The translations under genes were made by a program, and so were the position numbers. A DNA stretch of 64,000 nucleotides from the IMG/VR virus record IMGVR_UViG_3300036713_000599. One strand, given 5' to 3'. Below are positions 8,290 through 17,529 of the stretch, piece by piece. The DNA comes from a virus (lineage: Duplodnaviria; Caudoviricetes). Position 1 is the stretch's first letter. Each line of letters starts with the position of its first letter. Below the pieces are notes generated by a model, which made no database searches, was not told where the DNA came from, and saw only the letters and a list, made by a program, of their open reading frames with translations.

Positions 8290-8392
8290 CTGCCCTCGCC
8301 ACCACCTTACCATCGCCTTGCCATTGGGGTGCCATTTGGAGCCTTCTCCCTACCGGTCCTTGCCGTGTCCTCCCTATCCTTTTGTCTCCTCG

Positions 8393-9074
8393 GTCTCCTC
8401 GTAAGGAGCCATCATTGAGTTTTCCGGCTCCCGTGGGTGTGGCGGCCAGGCCACCTACCTTGCCTGTCTCCTCGTAAGGAGCCATCATTGAGTCTTCCGG
8501 CTAAAACCGATAGTGTATGTCAACGCTCACTCTCACGTCTCCTCGTAAGGAGCCATCATTGAGTCTTCCTGCGCGTATCCTTCGGCCAGGACCATGCCTA
8601 GCCAGAGAGTCTCCTCGTAAGGAGCCATCATTGAGTCTTCCAGCACTTATGCCCCGCCCATAGCATGCGAAACGGTCTCCTCGTAAGGAGCCATCATTGA
8701 GTCTTCCAGCCCGTAGAGCAACACCGAGTTGACCGACATGTAGTCCGGTCTCCTCGTAAGGAGCCATCATTGAGTCTTCCGGCTCCATTCGAGCCAGTCC
8801 AGTTCGTCTCTTATTCGTTCGTCTCCTCGTAAGAAGCCATCATTGTCTTCCAGCTGCGGTTCCTCTCGGTAACCAAACCCCTTGTCCACTGGTCTCCTCG
8901 TAAGGAGCCATCATTGAGTCTTCCAGCCGACGGCGAACACGTTCCTCCGCCTCAACACTTCGGGAGTCTCCTCGTAAGGAGCCATCATTGAGTCTTCCAG
9001 CGTACAAAAAGATGGTTTGAAGTAAGCAAGATTTGCAAGTCTCCTCGTAAGGAGCCATCATTGAGTCTTCCAGC
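8393..9074 (-). CRISPR. CRISPR array, 10 repeats of 36 nt and 9 spacers (30-38 nt), CasPhi-type repeat
   Basis: Repeats start at 8393, 8466, 8537, 8609, 8675, 8748, 8821 (34 nt), 8892, 8966, 9039. Minus-strand consensus GCTGGAAGACTCAATGATGGCTCCTTACGAGGAGAC with 3' hairpin CTCCT-TACG-AGGAG and terminal GAC. Confidence 0.98.
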
Positions 9075-9090
9075 TGGCCTCGGAATAAGT

Positions 9091-11400
9091 TCATGTTCCT
9101 GTAGGCTTATACACCGGATTGCGAACGGTCTCGTCATCTTTCTCAAAAAAGGCTATAATATCCTCAACTTCTTGGGTAGTCGGGGGCACATTAACTGTCT
9201 CTTTCCCCTTATTTTTCCCTTTGATTTGTTTTTTGCGAGTGGTTCCCGTCTTTTTCTGGCCACTGGGTTTCTTGCTATCAGGGTTTGTGATGCCTTTGCC
9301 TAGGACGGCTACGAGAGCGAGGTTCCACGTAGCCACTTCGCTGTCTGCGTGGAACAGTGCTTCACATTTGAGGCATTTGAAATGGTCGCCGTTACGGTTA
9401 CTCTTGTGGATGAAGCCGCACGCGGGGCATCTTTGGCTTGTCCAGTAGGGTGCTAGCCCGAGGACGTATTTTCCCTTGTCGTGTGCTCGATTTTGTATAG
9501 CCTTTTTCAGGGTATCGATCACCCATCGATTTTCAAATTTTTGCCGAAAGAACCCCTGCCAAGTTTCTTGGAACTTACCTTTCCCTCTCTTCGGGGGTAG
9601 GCTTAGATCCTCAATACCTACGACCACTGTATCGCACAGAGTGAGTCTTTTGGCTTCTTTTTCGATCCAGTTGGCGATTTCCCTACACAGTTGGTTGACG
9701 CGTTTGGCTAATTTGGGGAATTTCTCGTGTCCTGTGTATATCTCCCATTTAGCTTTTTCGAAGGCTTTTCGAGCATCTTCGGGCATTTTCGGTCGTATTT
9801 CTGGCAGGCGAGATATACTAGCATCGGTCCTTTTGGTGGGCTTGCGAGGTTTTTTGCTTTTACTGTCCTTCTTGAGAGGGCGAGTGAAGAAGACTTTGGA
9901 GGGGTCGCCGCCGCGTTCTAGGTATAGGTTGGCGATGTAGTGTGTGTTAGAGGTCATATCATCCCAGGGCAGGTCTGGGTCGTGTGTCCCGAAGAAGTGC
10001 TTTAGGACGAGGTTTTTCGCCTTTTCTGGGGTGAGTGCTTCGTATTGCTGTACTTGTTCTTGGTGTTCTGGGCAGAGGGAGGTGAATGCTTCGTCCCTGA
10101 CCTCTTGCCGGAAGGCGTCATAGGCGTCTCGATACCTTTTGAGTTCGTTGAGGTAGCGGTCTGGCAGCAAGCGACGGCTTACGGGTTGGATGTCTTTTTC
10201 TGAGAGTTCCTCTTTTCTGGACAGGCGAGAGATCATAATTGCCGCGGGGTTTCGTTGTCCGAGGTCGACGGTGACGAGAGCGATCGTGTTATTCTCGCTT
10301 GTCAGGGACGTCAGGAGTGTCCTTGTCTCTCCTTTGGTGTAAATTTTGCGTGCGTGCAGGGCGCCTTCGGACCTGAGCTTGTAGCAGAAGGTGAATTCGC
10401 CGGTCCTGGTGTTGAGGACGGGGCATCCGGTGAAGGTATCGAGGAGGTCTTTGGCGGAGATTTGGCCTGGGGTGGCGGCTTCCCTCATGTACACGCTGCG
10501 TAGGAGGCCTCTCATATCGAACAGGACCCAGTCCTTGCCAATTTGGAGGACGGCTAGGATAGAGGCCAGGGCTTTAGTCTTTGGAGGGGTGCGGCGATAG
10601 AGCCGTACCCTTCCTTTCTTTTTGAGATTTTTCCTTTGGTGTTCGGGAACGTACCCTGGTTGACCTTTAGGGATATCGAGGCGACTAGGGCCTTTTTCGA
10701 TAATGTCGTCGGGTTTACGTGAGTAGCCTTCGTATTGCTTTGGCAGGATAACGTCACCGGGGTTATCTGGATCGAACACGAAGGGGGTTACCGCCTGGTA
10801 GCCATAGATATTGGGGTTGATGCCAGGGGGTTGGGCTAGGAGGCCATTTTCGTTGAAGGCCGAGTCTGGTTTGAATTCTAGGATTTCAAGACCTTCTTCG
10901 ATCTTCAGTTGGTTCTTTTTTGACAGTTTTTTCAGTCTCTTTTTGTTCCTGTTCTCGACCTTTTTGATCACCCCGCTATACCTGGAGAACGCGTGGCTCA
11001 GGATGGTGTTGAGACCTTGGGCGCCGATCCCTTGATCTGAGATATTATTGGTTTTGAACCAGAAGTCGCGAGACTTGGAGCTTATGTCTCCACTGAAGAG
11101 GGCTTCCTTGGAGGCATTGAACTCTTCTTCTGTGTAGGCGAAGACGCGTTCTTGGACGGCTTGGGATACTTGGTATATGGGCCATTGGTCGAAGGGTCTA
11201 CTTTGTGCGACGATGGTTGTCTTGGCGGGGGGCTTGAAGTTTGGGGGGTCCTCTTCGTCTTTGCCCATGAGGAAGTCGATGGCGGCTTCTTCGCCATCTT
11301 TCTCGTAGATTTTCCCCGCCTTCGTCAGGACGTCTTTCCCAAAACAGAGTCCTTCGAAGTGCTCTTCTCTGATCCTTCGGATGTTGTTCGGTTTTTTCAT
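9091..11400 (-). CDS. cas12j: type V CRISPR effector Cas12j (CasPhi), 769 aa
   Basis: RuvC-I VTVDLGQRN, RuvC-II VVGIEDL, CPAC..CLKC zinc finger, RuvC-III HADSEVATWNL; CasPhi-like blocks FKPPAKT, SRPFDQWPIY, QGLNTI, PPGINPNIYGYQ, KGQPGYVPEHQR, ENRW; stop 16 nt from the first repeat; start moved to ATG 11400. Confidence 0.95.
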   Translation of the reverse strand: MKKPNNIRRIREEHFEGLCFGKDVLTKAGKIYEKDGEEAAIDFLMGKDEEDPPNFKPPAKTTIVAQSRPFDQWPIYQVSQAVQERVFAYTEEEFNASKEALFSGDISSKSRDFWFKTNNISDQGIGAQGLNTILSHAFSRYSGVIKKVENRNKKRLKKLSKKNQLKIEEGLEILEFKPDSAFNENGLLAQPPGINPNIYGYQAVTPFVFDPDNPGDVILPKQYEGYSRKPDDIIEKGPSRLDIPKGQPGYVPEHQRKNLKKKGRVRLYRRTPPKTKALASILAVLQIGKDWVLFDMRGLLRSVYMREAATPGQISAKDLLDTFTGCPVLNTRTGEFTFCYKLRSEGALHARKIYTKGETRTLLTSLTSENNTIALVTVDLGQRNPAAIMISRLSRKEELSEKDIQPVSRRLLPDRYLNELKRYRDAYDAFRQEVRDEAFTSLCPEHQEQVQQYEALTPEKAKNLVLKHFFGTHDPDLPWDDMTSNTHYIANLYLERGGDPSKVFFTRPLKKDSKSKKPRKPTKRTDASISRLPEIRPKMPEDARKAFEKAKWEIYTGHEKFPKLAKRVNQLCREIANWIEKEAKRLTLCDTVVVGIEDLSLPPKRGKGKFQETWQGFFRQKFENRWVIDTLKKAIQNRAHDKGKYVLGLAPYWTSQRCPACGFIHKSNRNGDHFKCLKCEALFHADSEVATWNLALVAVLGKGITNPDSKKPSGQKKTGTTRKKQIKGKNKGKETVNVPPTTQEVEDIIAFFEKDDETVRNPVYKPTGT

Positions 11401-11410
11401 GTCAGGGTTG

Positions 11411-11427
11411 TACACCGAAGGGGGCGA
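11411..11427 (-). promoter_or_regulatory. class II promoter-like motif (C-rich)-GGTGTA-N10-ATG in front of cas12j (representative of 15 or more copies)
   Basis: Minus strand cgcccccttcGGTGTAcaaccctgacATG. Confidence 0.7.
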
Positions 11428-11442
11428 GGCTCTAGGTTGCTT

Positions 11443-11715
11443 TCAGTCTCTTTTTACCTCGTCCGAAGGCATGTCCATTGGTTTGGCGAGTTCTCTTTCT
11501 TCGATCAACACCCACACACCATCTTGGAGATGAGGTAGTGGGAGACTGGTATTTGGTGCAACACGTAATGAGACGTAGAAACCAAGCTCTTTGGTGTACA
11601 TGACACCGATGCCTCGGAACCAATCCTCGTGACCATACTTAGCTTCAAGATTCTCGGCCACTTTTTCAACTTTGTCCATGTTGTCCTCGGGGTTGACGCA
11701 GGGCAGGGCCTTCAC
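11443..11715 (-). CDS. hypothetical protein
   Basis: 90-aa ORF directly upstream of cas12j. Confidence 0.6.
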   Translation of the reverse strand: MKALPCVNPEDNMDKVEKVAENLEAKYGHEDWFRGIGVMYTKELGFYVSLRVAPNTSLPLPHLQDGVWVLIEERELAKPMDMPSDEVKRD

Positions 11716-11896
11716 GGTAGTCGTCTTCTGGCAGCAGTATGTTGGTGAGCATTATATCGGCCCTCCTCCACATGTTTCTCCAGTGTGCGGCATCTTGCCT
11801 GTAGTAGTTGACCAGACGTCTCGACATACCGGCTCCTATCAACCACCCAAGAGCAATTCCTCCGACACCTGCCACATATATACCCCAGTCTGGCAT
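11666..11896 (-). CDS. small membrane protein
   Basis: N-terminal hydrophobic stretch WGIYVAGVGGIALGWLIGAG. Confidence 0.5.
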   Translation of the reverse strand: MPDWGIYVAGVGGIALGWLIGAGMSRRLVNYYRQDAAHWRNMWRRADIMLTNILLPEDDYREGPALRQPRGQHGQS

Positions 11897-11978
11897 TTTT
11901 ACCTACATTTCTTCTTGCTGGTTACCGTTTGCTCGGGAAAATCAATCAAACTGAGAGCGTTTGCCGTAGCCTTGACCA

Positions 11979-12029
11979 TCACCCAGCCCCACATGGCCCT
12001 GACCGTCGGGGCCATGTGGGGCTGGGTGA
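11979..12029. repeat. perfect 21-bp inverted repeat with 9-nt loop
   Basis: tcacccagccccacatggccc (11979-11999) and gggccatgtggggctgggtga (12009-12029). Confidence 0.9.
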
Positions 12030-12217
12030 GCAGTATCCCAGTCGATTTCCGTAGCTGCTTGCTGAACCTCGTACTGCGTATTGTAATCTCCCCAGTCGAT
12101 GTCGCGAGCAATTCTTTTCGAAGTCCGAGACGATTGTATCTGAATTTATAGGCTCAAGGGCTTCAGGCTTGTGAATTTTCACATACCACCTCCGGTGGTT
12201 GAGGTATCTGAGGAGTT

Positions 12218-12556
12218 TTACCTTTTGAATCTACGTAGTAGCGGTTCGACTTTATGAGGAGCCGTCTTCTCCAGGTACACCTCAAATCGGGTAACGAAGT
12301 CATCAAAGTGTGCTAATTTCGATCGATCTGCGTTCAGGATTGTCAGAATCCCCACGGACAGGGTTCGAGGGAGTCTTGTTGGGTCGGCTTTTTCCAGAAC
12401 GGTGTCGCAAAATTCGACCGTGGGAGGTTCAGGGTCGATGAAGTCAAGTGTGTCGAACACCCACGTCAGCACCTTTCGGTAGCCCAGCACCTCTGTTTGG
12501 TCGGGAGCTAAGCTCACCAGGGTAGTGCCGGTGAAGCACGTAGTGCATTTGTGCAA
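12218..12556 (-). CDS. hypothetical protein
   Basis: 112-aa ORF; start uncertain. Confidence 0.5.
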   Translation of the reverse strand: MHKCTTCFTGTTLVSLAPDQTEVLGYRKVLTWVFDTLDFIDPEPPTVEFCDTVLEKADPTRLPRTLSVGILTILNADRSKLAHFDDFVTRFEVYLEKTAPHKVEPLLRRFKR

Positions 12557-12627
12557 ATATCTTTTCTACAAGTACTTCCACGTTGTCTGGATGGGTGCCC
12601 ATGCAGGTCGCTACAGTGCGTTTGACG

Positions 12628-13065
12628 TCAGGAGGTGTTGTTTCTTGAGAGGGTGAGCAACTTGTCTTCCACTTCAAATGCACCTGCGAGTGCCCCAACC
12701 CAAGCCAGAGTCACTGTGGTTGTCTCTAGGTTCTCAATCCACGTGATGTAGTAGTTTCCGTACTCAGTGTCGTACTCGTACCCACAATCCGTCCAGTATT
12801 TTACACCGCGTGGTGCTTCGAACCGTACTGTAAATTCCTGGCCTGGTGCGATGCCGTGTTCGATCAGCCACCGAGTCCAGTCATCGGTACCGAAGAAGTC
12901 GGCCAGCTCTTGATCCTCCCAGTGCCACCAATCGACGTCCTTTGGCTCTACGTCGATTGGCTCCGGACCGTCCTCTAGGCTCAACACAACGAAGGTGGCG
13001 TACACGTGTGTGCAGTAGCGACGTTGTGGGGAAGACCTCTGGTCCCACTCGATCAGCATCATCAA
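12628..13065 (-). CDS. hypothetical acidic protein
   Basis: 145 aa, abuts the upstream gene. Confidence 0.6.
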   Translation of the reverse strand: MMMLIEWDQRSSPQRRYCTHVYATFVVLSLEDGPEPIDVEPKDVDWWHWEDQELADFFGTDDWTRWLIEHGIAPGQEFTVRFEAPRGVKYWTDCGYEYDTEYGNYYITWIENLETTTVTLAWVGALAGAFEVEDKLLTLSRNNTS

Positions 13066-13482
13066 TCACCGTTCATCTTTCGGCCCAAGTGGTATATATG
13101 CCCAATAATTTGGAGCTGCGACAGACAATCCGCCTGGGTAGTCTCGCCACCCGGTACAGTGGGCGTGTACAACACCGAGGTAATAAGCGAGGCGTGTTTC
13201 GGAGGGCCAGGATACGAGGACAGTCCTGTACTTTTCAGGCAGTACTTCACTCGTCTTGTTCCAAAACTTGTAGTTCTCAGCTTCCTTTATGAGCTTCAAG
13301 AGGCCACAATCTTCTTTGTGTTCGGGTATAGAGTTGTCTCCGTTGGTGGCCCCGCAGTGGACACACGAGACAACCTCGGCATCACTAAAGTCCCAGGCAC
13401 GTTCCTCGGCCAGTTCGATGAAGTCAGACAAAACGTCGGCGACGTCCCTCATGTGTTCCTCTCGTTTGGCGGGTCCGAGCAC
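13066..13482 (-). CDS. phage protein with DUF551-like C-terminus
   Basis: WNKTSEVLPEKYRTVLV...PNYWAYIP pattern; CVHC. Confidence 0.55.
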   Translation of the reverse strand: MLGPAKREEHMRDVADVLSDFIELAEERAWDFSDAEVVSCVHCGATNGDNSIPEHKEDCGLLKLIKEAENYKFWNKTSEVLPEKYRTVLVSWPSETRLAYYLGVVHAHCTGWRDYPGGLSVAAPNYWAYIPLGPKDER

Positions 13483-13845
13483 GCCGTATCAAACAGGGTT
13501 TTCGAAGATATAAGATTACACCGGAGGTCCTATTTTTGTGCCAGGTTTTCGAATGTCTTGTAGGATCGACAGAAGACACGACCCGCTGCCTGGGCTTTGG
13601 TGGTTGGTGTGGTCACAAAGGCTACACAGCCACCAGGCAGTATCCGGAACCATAGGCGAAGTCTGTCATGCCGAGTTGAGAACGGTTTTATCATTTTTCA
13701 AAGGGGAGATCCCATGGAGCCCGTACAAATATAGCCTGGTCGGAAGTTGTGTCGAAGCCAGGTTCCAAGATCACCATGACTGTCTACCACCTCACAGCTG
13801 AGGCTGCGAAGCAGCTGGAGATTCATGGAGAGATCCCACCTGTGC

Positions 13846-14295
13846 TCACAGACCCAAATACCGACTGATCACTTTGCCAACCTTCTGTGTCTCCAGGTCT
13901 GATTCCATTTTTTCCAGTTCATCGTAGTACCTGGGGGACTCCGCAAGATGATCTAGTACTATTTTCTCAGCGATTCTAGGATCCCTTGTATGTTCGAGTT
14001 CAACTTTGATACCTTTGTCGAGGACTTCTTTGGGGAAGTCCTTGCTAGTTATTCCTTTTTCTTCTGCTCTGCCTCCTGGGTTGACCTTCGCCTTTTCGTT
14101 TAAAGCCCACATGGACGCAAAGGCGTAGATTTCGCTTTCAAGGTCGTGTGCCTCCAAACCGAGTTCTTGGGCCAGATTGTGGATTTTGGAGTCGTCAATG
14201 GGCTCACCTTTGGCAGAAGCCAGGAGGTCGATGACTTGCTTACGGGCATCAGGGGCTAGTTTGGAAGTTCGGTTCATGCTTAACGTGAAAGACAA
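13846..14295 (-). CDS. DUF5661-like phage protein
   Basis: GIKVELEHT.D...AEKIVLDHLAESPRYY..L.KME signature recalled from that family. Confidence 0.6.
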   Translation of the reverse strand: MSFTLSMNRTSKLAPDARKQVIDLLASAKGEPIDDSKIHNLAQELGLEAHDLESEIYAFASMWALNEKAKVNPGGRAEEKGITSKDFPKEVLDKGIKVELEHTRDPRIAEKIVLDHLAESPRYYDELEKMESDLETQKVGKVISRYLGL

Positions 14296-14425
14296 AAGAC
14301 TTGTGAACCTCTCCTTGGTAAACTACCGGATGTTCTGGTTTCGGCAACACGACCAGACACTTGAACGACAGATCTGATTGTTTGGGGACAACAGGGCGAT
14401 CGTTTTCAGATGTCGACGACTCTGC

Positions 14426-14692
14426 TCACTCAGAGCAGGCCGGGAAGCCGGCACTACCACAACCACTGAGTTTATCCAGCGCTTCCTTTTCGAAAGCTTT
14501 GTCATCTTCGATGGACGAATCGTCGGACAAGTCCCAATCGAGATCGCGGACAACTTTGCCAAGGACTTGAGCCAGGTCAACCAGTCGGGCAGCTAGGTCG
14601 GGAAACCGCTTTCGAATGTCAGGATCGTGCCCCACATCGTACAAACACGACTCCATCTGGTATTGGCTGTAGTCCCATCTTCCGCCGGACAT
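14426..14692 (-). CDS. hypothetical phage protein
   Basis: MSGGRWDY start, AGGAG RBS. Confidence 0.65.
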   Translation of the reverse strand: MSGGRWDYSQYQMESCLYDVGHDPDIRKRFPDLAARLVDLAQVLGKVVRDLDWDLSDDSSIEDDKAFEKEALDKLSGCGSAGFPACSE

Positions 14693-14754
14693 ATCACGCT
14701 CCTATTGTACAGGTAAAGGTATCCACCAGTCCTCTGGTGATTTGTAATCTGTGG

Positions 14755-15105
14755 TTACAATCTCACTCCTAGGATTTCGAGGTCTTCGGGCGACAGTTGG
14801 CGTAAAAGCTCCTCCCGTCGTTTCGCTCTTGGATCGTCCGAAATTCTGTAAAATTTGCCCAAAAGGTTTCGATCAACGGCCCAGGCTTTGTTGTTTTCGT
14901 CTTCAATAACAACACCATTGATCGGCTCTACTGGGCAATCCGAACCCATTACGTACTTTCCTCTACCTAAATCTTTAGCCAGGGCCATTGTTTCAGCGTA
15001 CGCCAACCGAACATCCATGCCCCGCCCTTCTGTCAGGTCTGTGTTCGTGAGTACGACATAGACAGTCTGGATCTTGACTCGAAATAGGCTGGTGTCTTTA
15101 CTCAT
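14755..15105 (-). CDS. hypothetical protein
   Basis: 116-aa ORF with GAAGGA RBS. Confidence 0.6.
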   Translation of the reverse strand: MSKDTSLFRVKIQTVYVVLTNTDLTEGRGMDVRLAYAETMALAKDLGRGKYVMGSDCPVEPINGVVIEDENNKAWAVDRNLLGKFYRISDDPRAKRREELLRQLSPEDLEILGVRL

Positions 15106-15186
15106 ACCAATTTTCCTTCAACCAGCACCTTTTGGGTATTTTCACGATAGTGCTACGGATTCTGTAGCAGGAAGTTCGGAACTTTC

Positions 15187-15411
15187 TCAGTCGATGAAAC
15201 CATCCCTTACGAGACCACGAAGAACGAGCTTAAGGCTCTCTTTTGTGAACGGGTACTTTCGACGTACCCCGTCCTTAATGAGTCTCTTGGAGAGACCGTC
15301 TAGGCTGACACAGGCCTGCCTGTCGATCAGACCGACAATGATTTCTTCGAACCCGATGCTATCGATGACGGGGTCATTTTTACGAGCGACGTATGTTGGT
15401 AAACGTGCCAT
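15187..15411 (-). CDS. hypothetical protein
   Basis: ATG 10 nt after GGTGTA (15422-15427). Confidence 0.6.
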   Translation of the reverse strand: MARLPTYVARKNDPVIDSIGFEEIIVGLIDRQACVSLDGLSKRLIKDGVRRKYPFTKESLKLVLRGLVRDGFID

Positions 15412-15462
15412 GTCTAGATCGTACACCAGTTTGATGAGAAAAATGACATTTTGTTGAAGTAT

Positions 15463-15726
15463 TTACAGAGACGCTATCTGAGCCAGCATCTCCGTATAGA
15501 TCGAGACAGCTTTCTCGGCCTTATTTTTGGCTTCCTCGATGCTTCGAGCCACTCCTTCGAACTCGGCGGAGTGTTCGCCTGTATATAGGACGGCCCATCC
15601 ATACGAGCCGCCGCCCACCGATTCCCATACTATGAGGTGACACGGTCCATCGTGCCTATGTATTTCCTTCCTTGAGTGGTGGTGCCATTTTCCTGGCCGG
15701 CAGCAGGTGGATTCCAGGGAGTACAT
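15463..15726 (-). CDS. hypothetical protein
   Basis: Start moved to ATG 15726; the longer track ORF overlaps the macrodomain gene out of frame. Confidence 0.5.
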   Translation of the reverse strand: MYSLESTCCRPGKWHHHSRKEIHRHDGPCHLIVWESVGGGSYGWAVLYTGEHSAEFEGVARSIEEAKNKAEKAVSIYTEMLAQIASL

Positions 15727-15797
15727 TTTCAGTTTACTCTTGGGGTTGTTATTGAGTTTTCCGGAGCAGCAAAGGCTTATGTTGAGCCTGAGGCTTC

Positions 15798-16352
15798 TCA
15801 GAATACGTTTTTCGCAGCTTCGGCGTACACTTGAAGGGTTGTCGGGTCGAATAGACAGAACTGGACTTTCTTCAGATGGGTGCCCAGGTTGTCGCGAACG
15901 GTTTGCAGTGCGATAGGGGCAGCCTCCTCGACAGGGTAGCCGTATATGCCCGTGCTGATGCTTGGAAAGGAGACGGAAGGAATCTTCATACCTTCGCATA
16001 AAGACATGGCTTGTTTGTAACAGCTTGCGAGCTTGTCCGCCGCTAGATGGCGGCCGGCCTGTGTGTAGATGGGCCCGACACAGTGGATGACATACTCCGC
16101 CTGAAGATCAAACCCTGGGGTTACCGCGGCTTGGCCCGTTGGCAACAGTTCGCCCGTCAAACGTTTCTTTACACGCATACATGCTTTGAGGAGAGATGGA
16201 CCCGCAGCCCGATGGATGGCCCCGTCCACACCACCTCCACCGAGCAGGACAGTGTTAGCAGCGTTCACAATAGCGACAGTGTTTTGTAGAGTAATGTCGC
16301 CTTGGAATACGAGGAACTCACATTGCTTATAGGTCCACGATTTTGTCATCAT
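15798..16352 (-). CDS. MacroD/YmdB-type macrodomain ADP-ribose hydrolase
   Basis: GDIT, IVNAAN, GGGGVDGAIHRAAGP, VIHCVGP, FPSISTGIYGYP all intact. Confidence 0.92.
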   Translation of the reverse strand: MMTKSWTYKQCEFLVFQGDITLQNTVAIVNAANTVLLGGGGVDGAIHRAAGPSLLKACMRVKKRLTGELLPTGQAAVTPGFDLQAEYVIHCVGPIYTQAGRHLAADKLASCYKQAMSLCEGMKIPSVSFPSISTGIYGYPVEEAAPIALQTVRDNLGTHLKKVQFCLFDPTTLQVYAEAAKNVF

Positions 16353-16645
16353 TTTCTCCTGAGGTGAAACCATCGTCTGGGGTTTAGAATAATTTTTCCG
16401 GGTCTAGACAGGTCAGAGGTTATTCGAGTGTTTCGATCAGCCGCAATCTTTTCAGGTCGGCACACTCGAATTCTTCCTTCCATGTGGCATTTGACAGGGT
16501 CCTTTTTTACATACTTCTTCTTGACGGGGACATCGACCACGATCACGATGGTGTCGAGGACGATTACCTTCGGAGGCTTCGCTTGGGCCGTAGAGATGGC
16601 TGACAAGGCACCGAGAAGGATTCCTACGAGAATTTGTTTTGTCAT
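16349..16645 (-). CDS. secreted hypothetical protein
   Basis: Signal-peptide-like MTKQILVGILLGALSAISTAQA. Confidence 0.55.
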   Translation of the reverse strand: MTKQILVGILLGALSAISTAQAKPPKVIVLDTIVIVVDVPVKKKYVKKDPVKCHMEGRIRVCRPEKIAADRNTRITSDLSRPGKIILNPRRWFHLRRK

Positions 16646-16677
16646 TGCTGTGTCTCCGTGTTCACTGATTCCTCTTC

Positions 16678-16782
16678 TCAGCACCTGACCTCGATCTTTT
16701 CCCAGTTGAGGCTAAGAAGGGAGTCTTCTACCGCAAGTAGCTTCACCTTATAGAGTTGGCTGTCGCCTACTTGTAGCACCAT
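16678..16782 (-). CDS. 34-aa hypothetical protein (not in ORF track)
   Basis: ATG 10 nt after GGTGTA (16793-16798). Confidence 0.45.
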   Translation of the reverse strand: MVLQVGDSQLYKVKLLAVEDSLLSLNWEKIEVRC

Positions 16783-16813
16783 GAACTAGGTATACACCAT
16801 TAACATACTCGCC

Positions 16814-17251
16814 TCAAACACCAGTGGAGCCGAAACCACCTTCCCCGCGATCACTTGAATCAAGGTCCCGGACGACTCCAAAAGTAGCCCGGGTGACTGG
16901 AGCAACGACTATCTGTGCGATACGGTTTCCTGGGTAGACAGTGAATTCTTCTTGCCCAAGGTTGACCAGCAACACTTTGATTTCCCCTCGATAATCGCTG
17001 TCGACGGTTCCAGGGGTATTTAGGACAGTCACTCCGTGCTTGAGGGCCAGGCCAGACCGTGGCCGAATTTGTATCTCATATCCCGGAGGGATGGACATAA
17101 CTAAACCTGACGGAAAGAGTCTCCGTTCTCCTGGACACAATGTCACAGGATTTTCAATAGCAGCCATCAGGTCAGCTCCTGCGGCACCCTTCGTCTTGTA
17201 TGAAGGCAAAGGTACTGGGACATCGCCGACTTTTTGAACGTAGATCAACAT
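16814..17251 (-). CDS. dut: trimeric dUTPase
   Basis: Motifs [35 protein letters not shown]. Confidence 0.97.
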   Translation of the reverse strand: MLIYVQKVGDVPVPLPSYKTKGAAGADLMAAIENPVTLCPGERRLFPSGLVMSIPPGYEIQIRPRSGLALKHGVTVLNTPGTVDSDYRGEIKVLLVNLGQEEFTVYPGNRIAQIVVAPVTRATFGVVRDLDSSDRGEGGFGSTGV

Positions 17252-17466
17252 TTTTCTTTCCTCGACTCGGCCTCGAAAATGGCCTCTAGAAGGGGCTCAA
17301 CGTTGTCATTGAGCCATTGGGACCAATCGGATCCGTAAGCCGGATGGTCGGCTTGTTGGATAGCTTCACGAAGGGGTGCGGCATAGCCTTCATCTGCGAC
17401 GTCCGTGCGGTTATTCCAGATCCAAGTATCGATGTTGGTGGCTGTATTCATGATGATGTCGCCCAT
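17245..17466 (-). CDS. hypothetical protein
   Basis: Follows class I variant 17490-17518 with AGGAG RBS. Confidence 0.6.
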   Translation of the reverse strand: MGDIIMNTATNIDTWIWNNRTDVADEGYAAPLREAIQQADHPAYGSDWSQWLNDNVEPLLEAIFEAESRKEKC

Positions 17467-17529
17467 CTCATTTCGTCTCCTGTTACCGGTACTACGGTGA
17501 CAGTTTGCGAGAATTCGGAGAAATTTGAT

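Noticed and set aside
8429-9038. Self-targeting spacers
   Set aside because: No convincing match found by eye in this window; two spacers share only about 8-nt pyrimidine-rich words with 8161-8392. The rest of the genome was not visible.
8078-9094. Track ORFs 8078-8488, 8501-8788, 8840-9094 and 8057-8404
   Set aside because: They are translations of CRISPR repeats and the 57-bp direct repeats (recurring LEDSMMAPYEET, GRLNDGSLRGD).
11401-11415. Track start of cas12j at GTG 11415 (MYNPD...)
   Set aside because: That GTG is part of the GGTGTA motif that precedes many genes by 10 nt; ATG 11400 fits the pattern.
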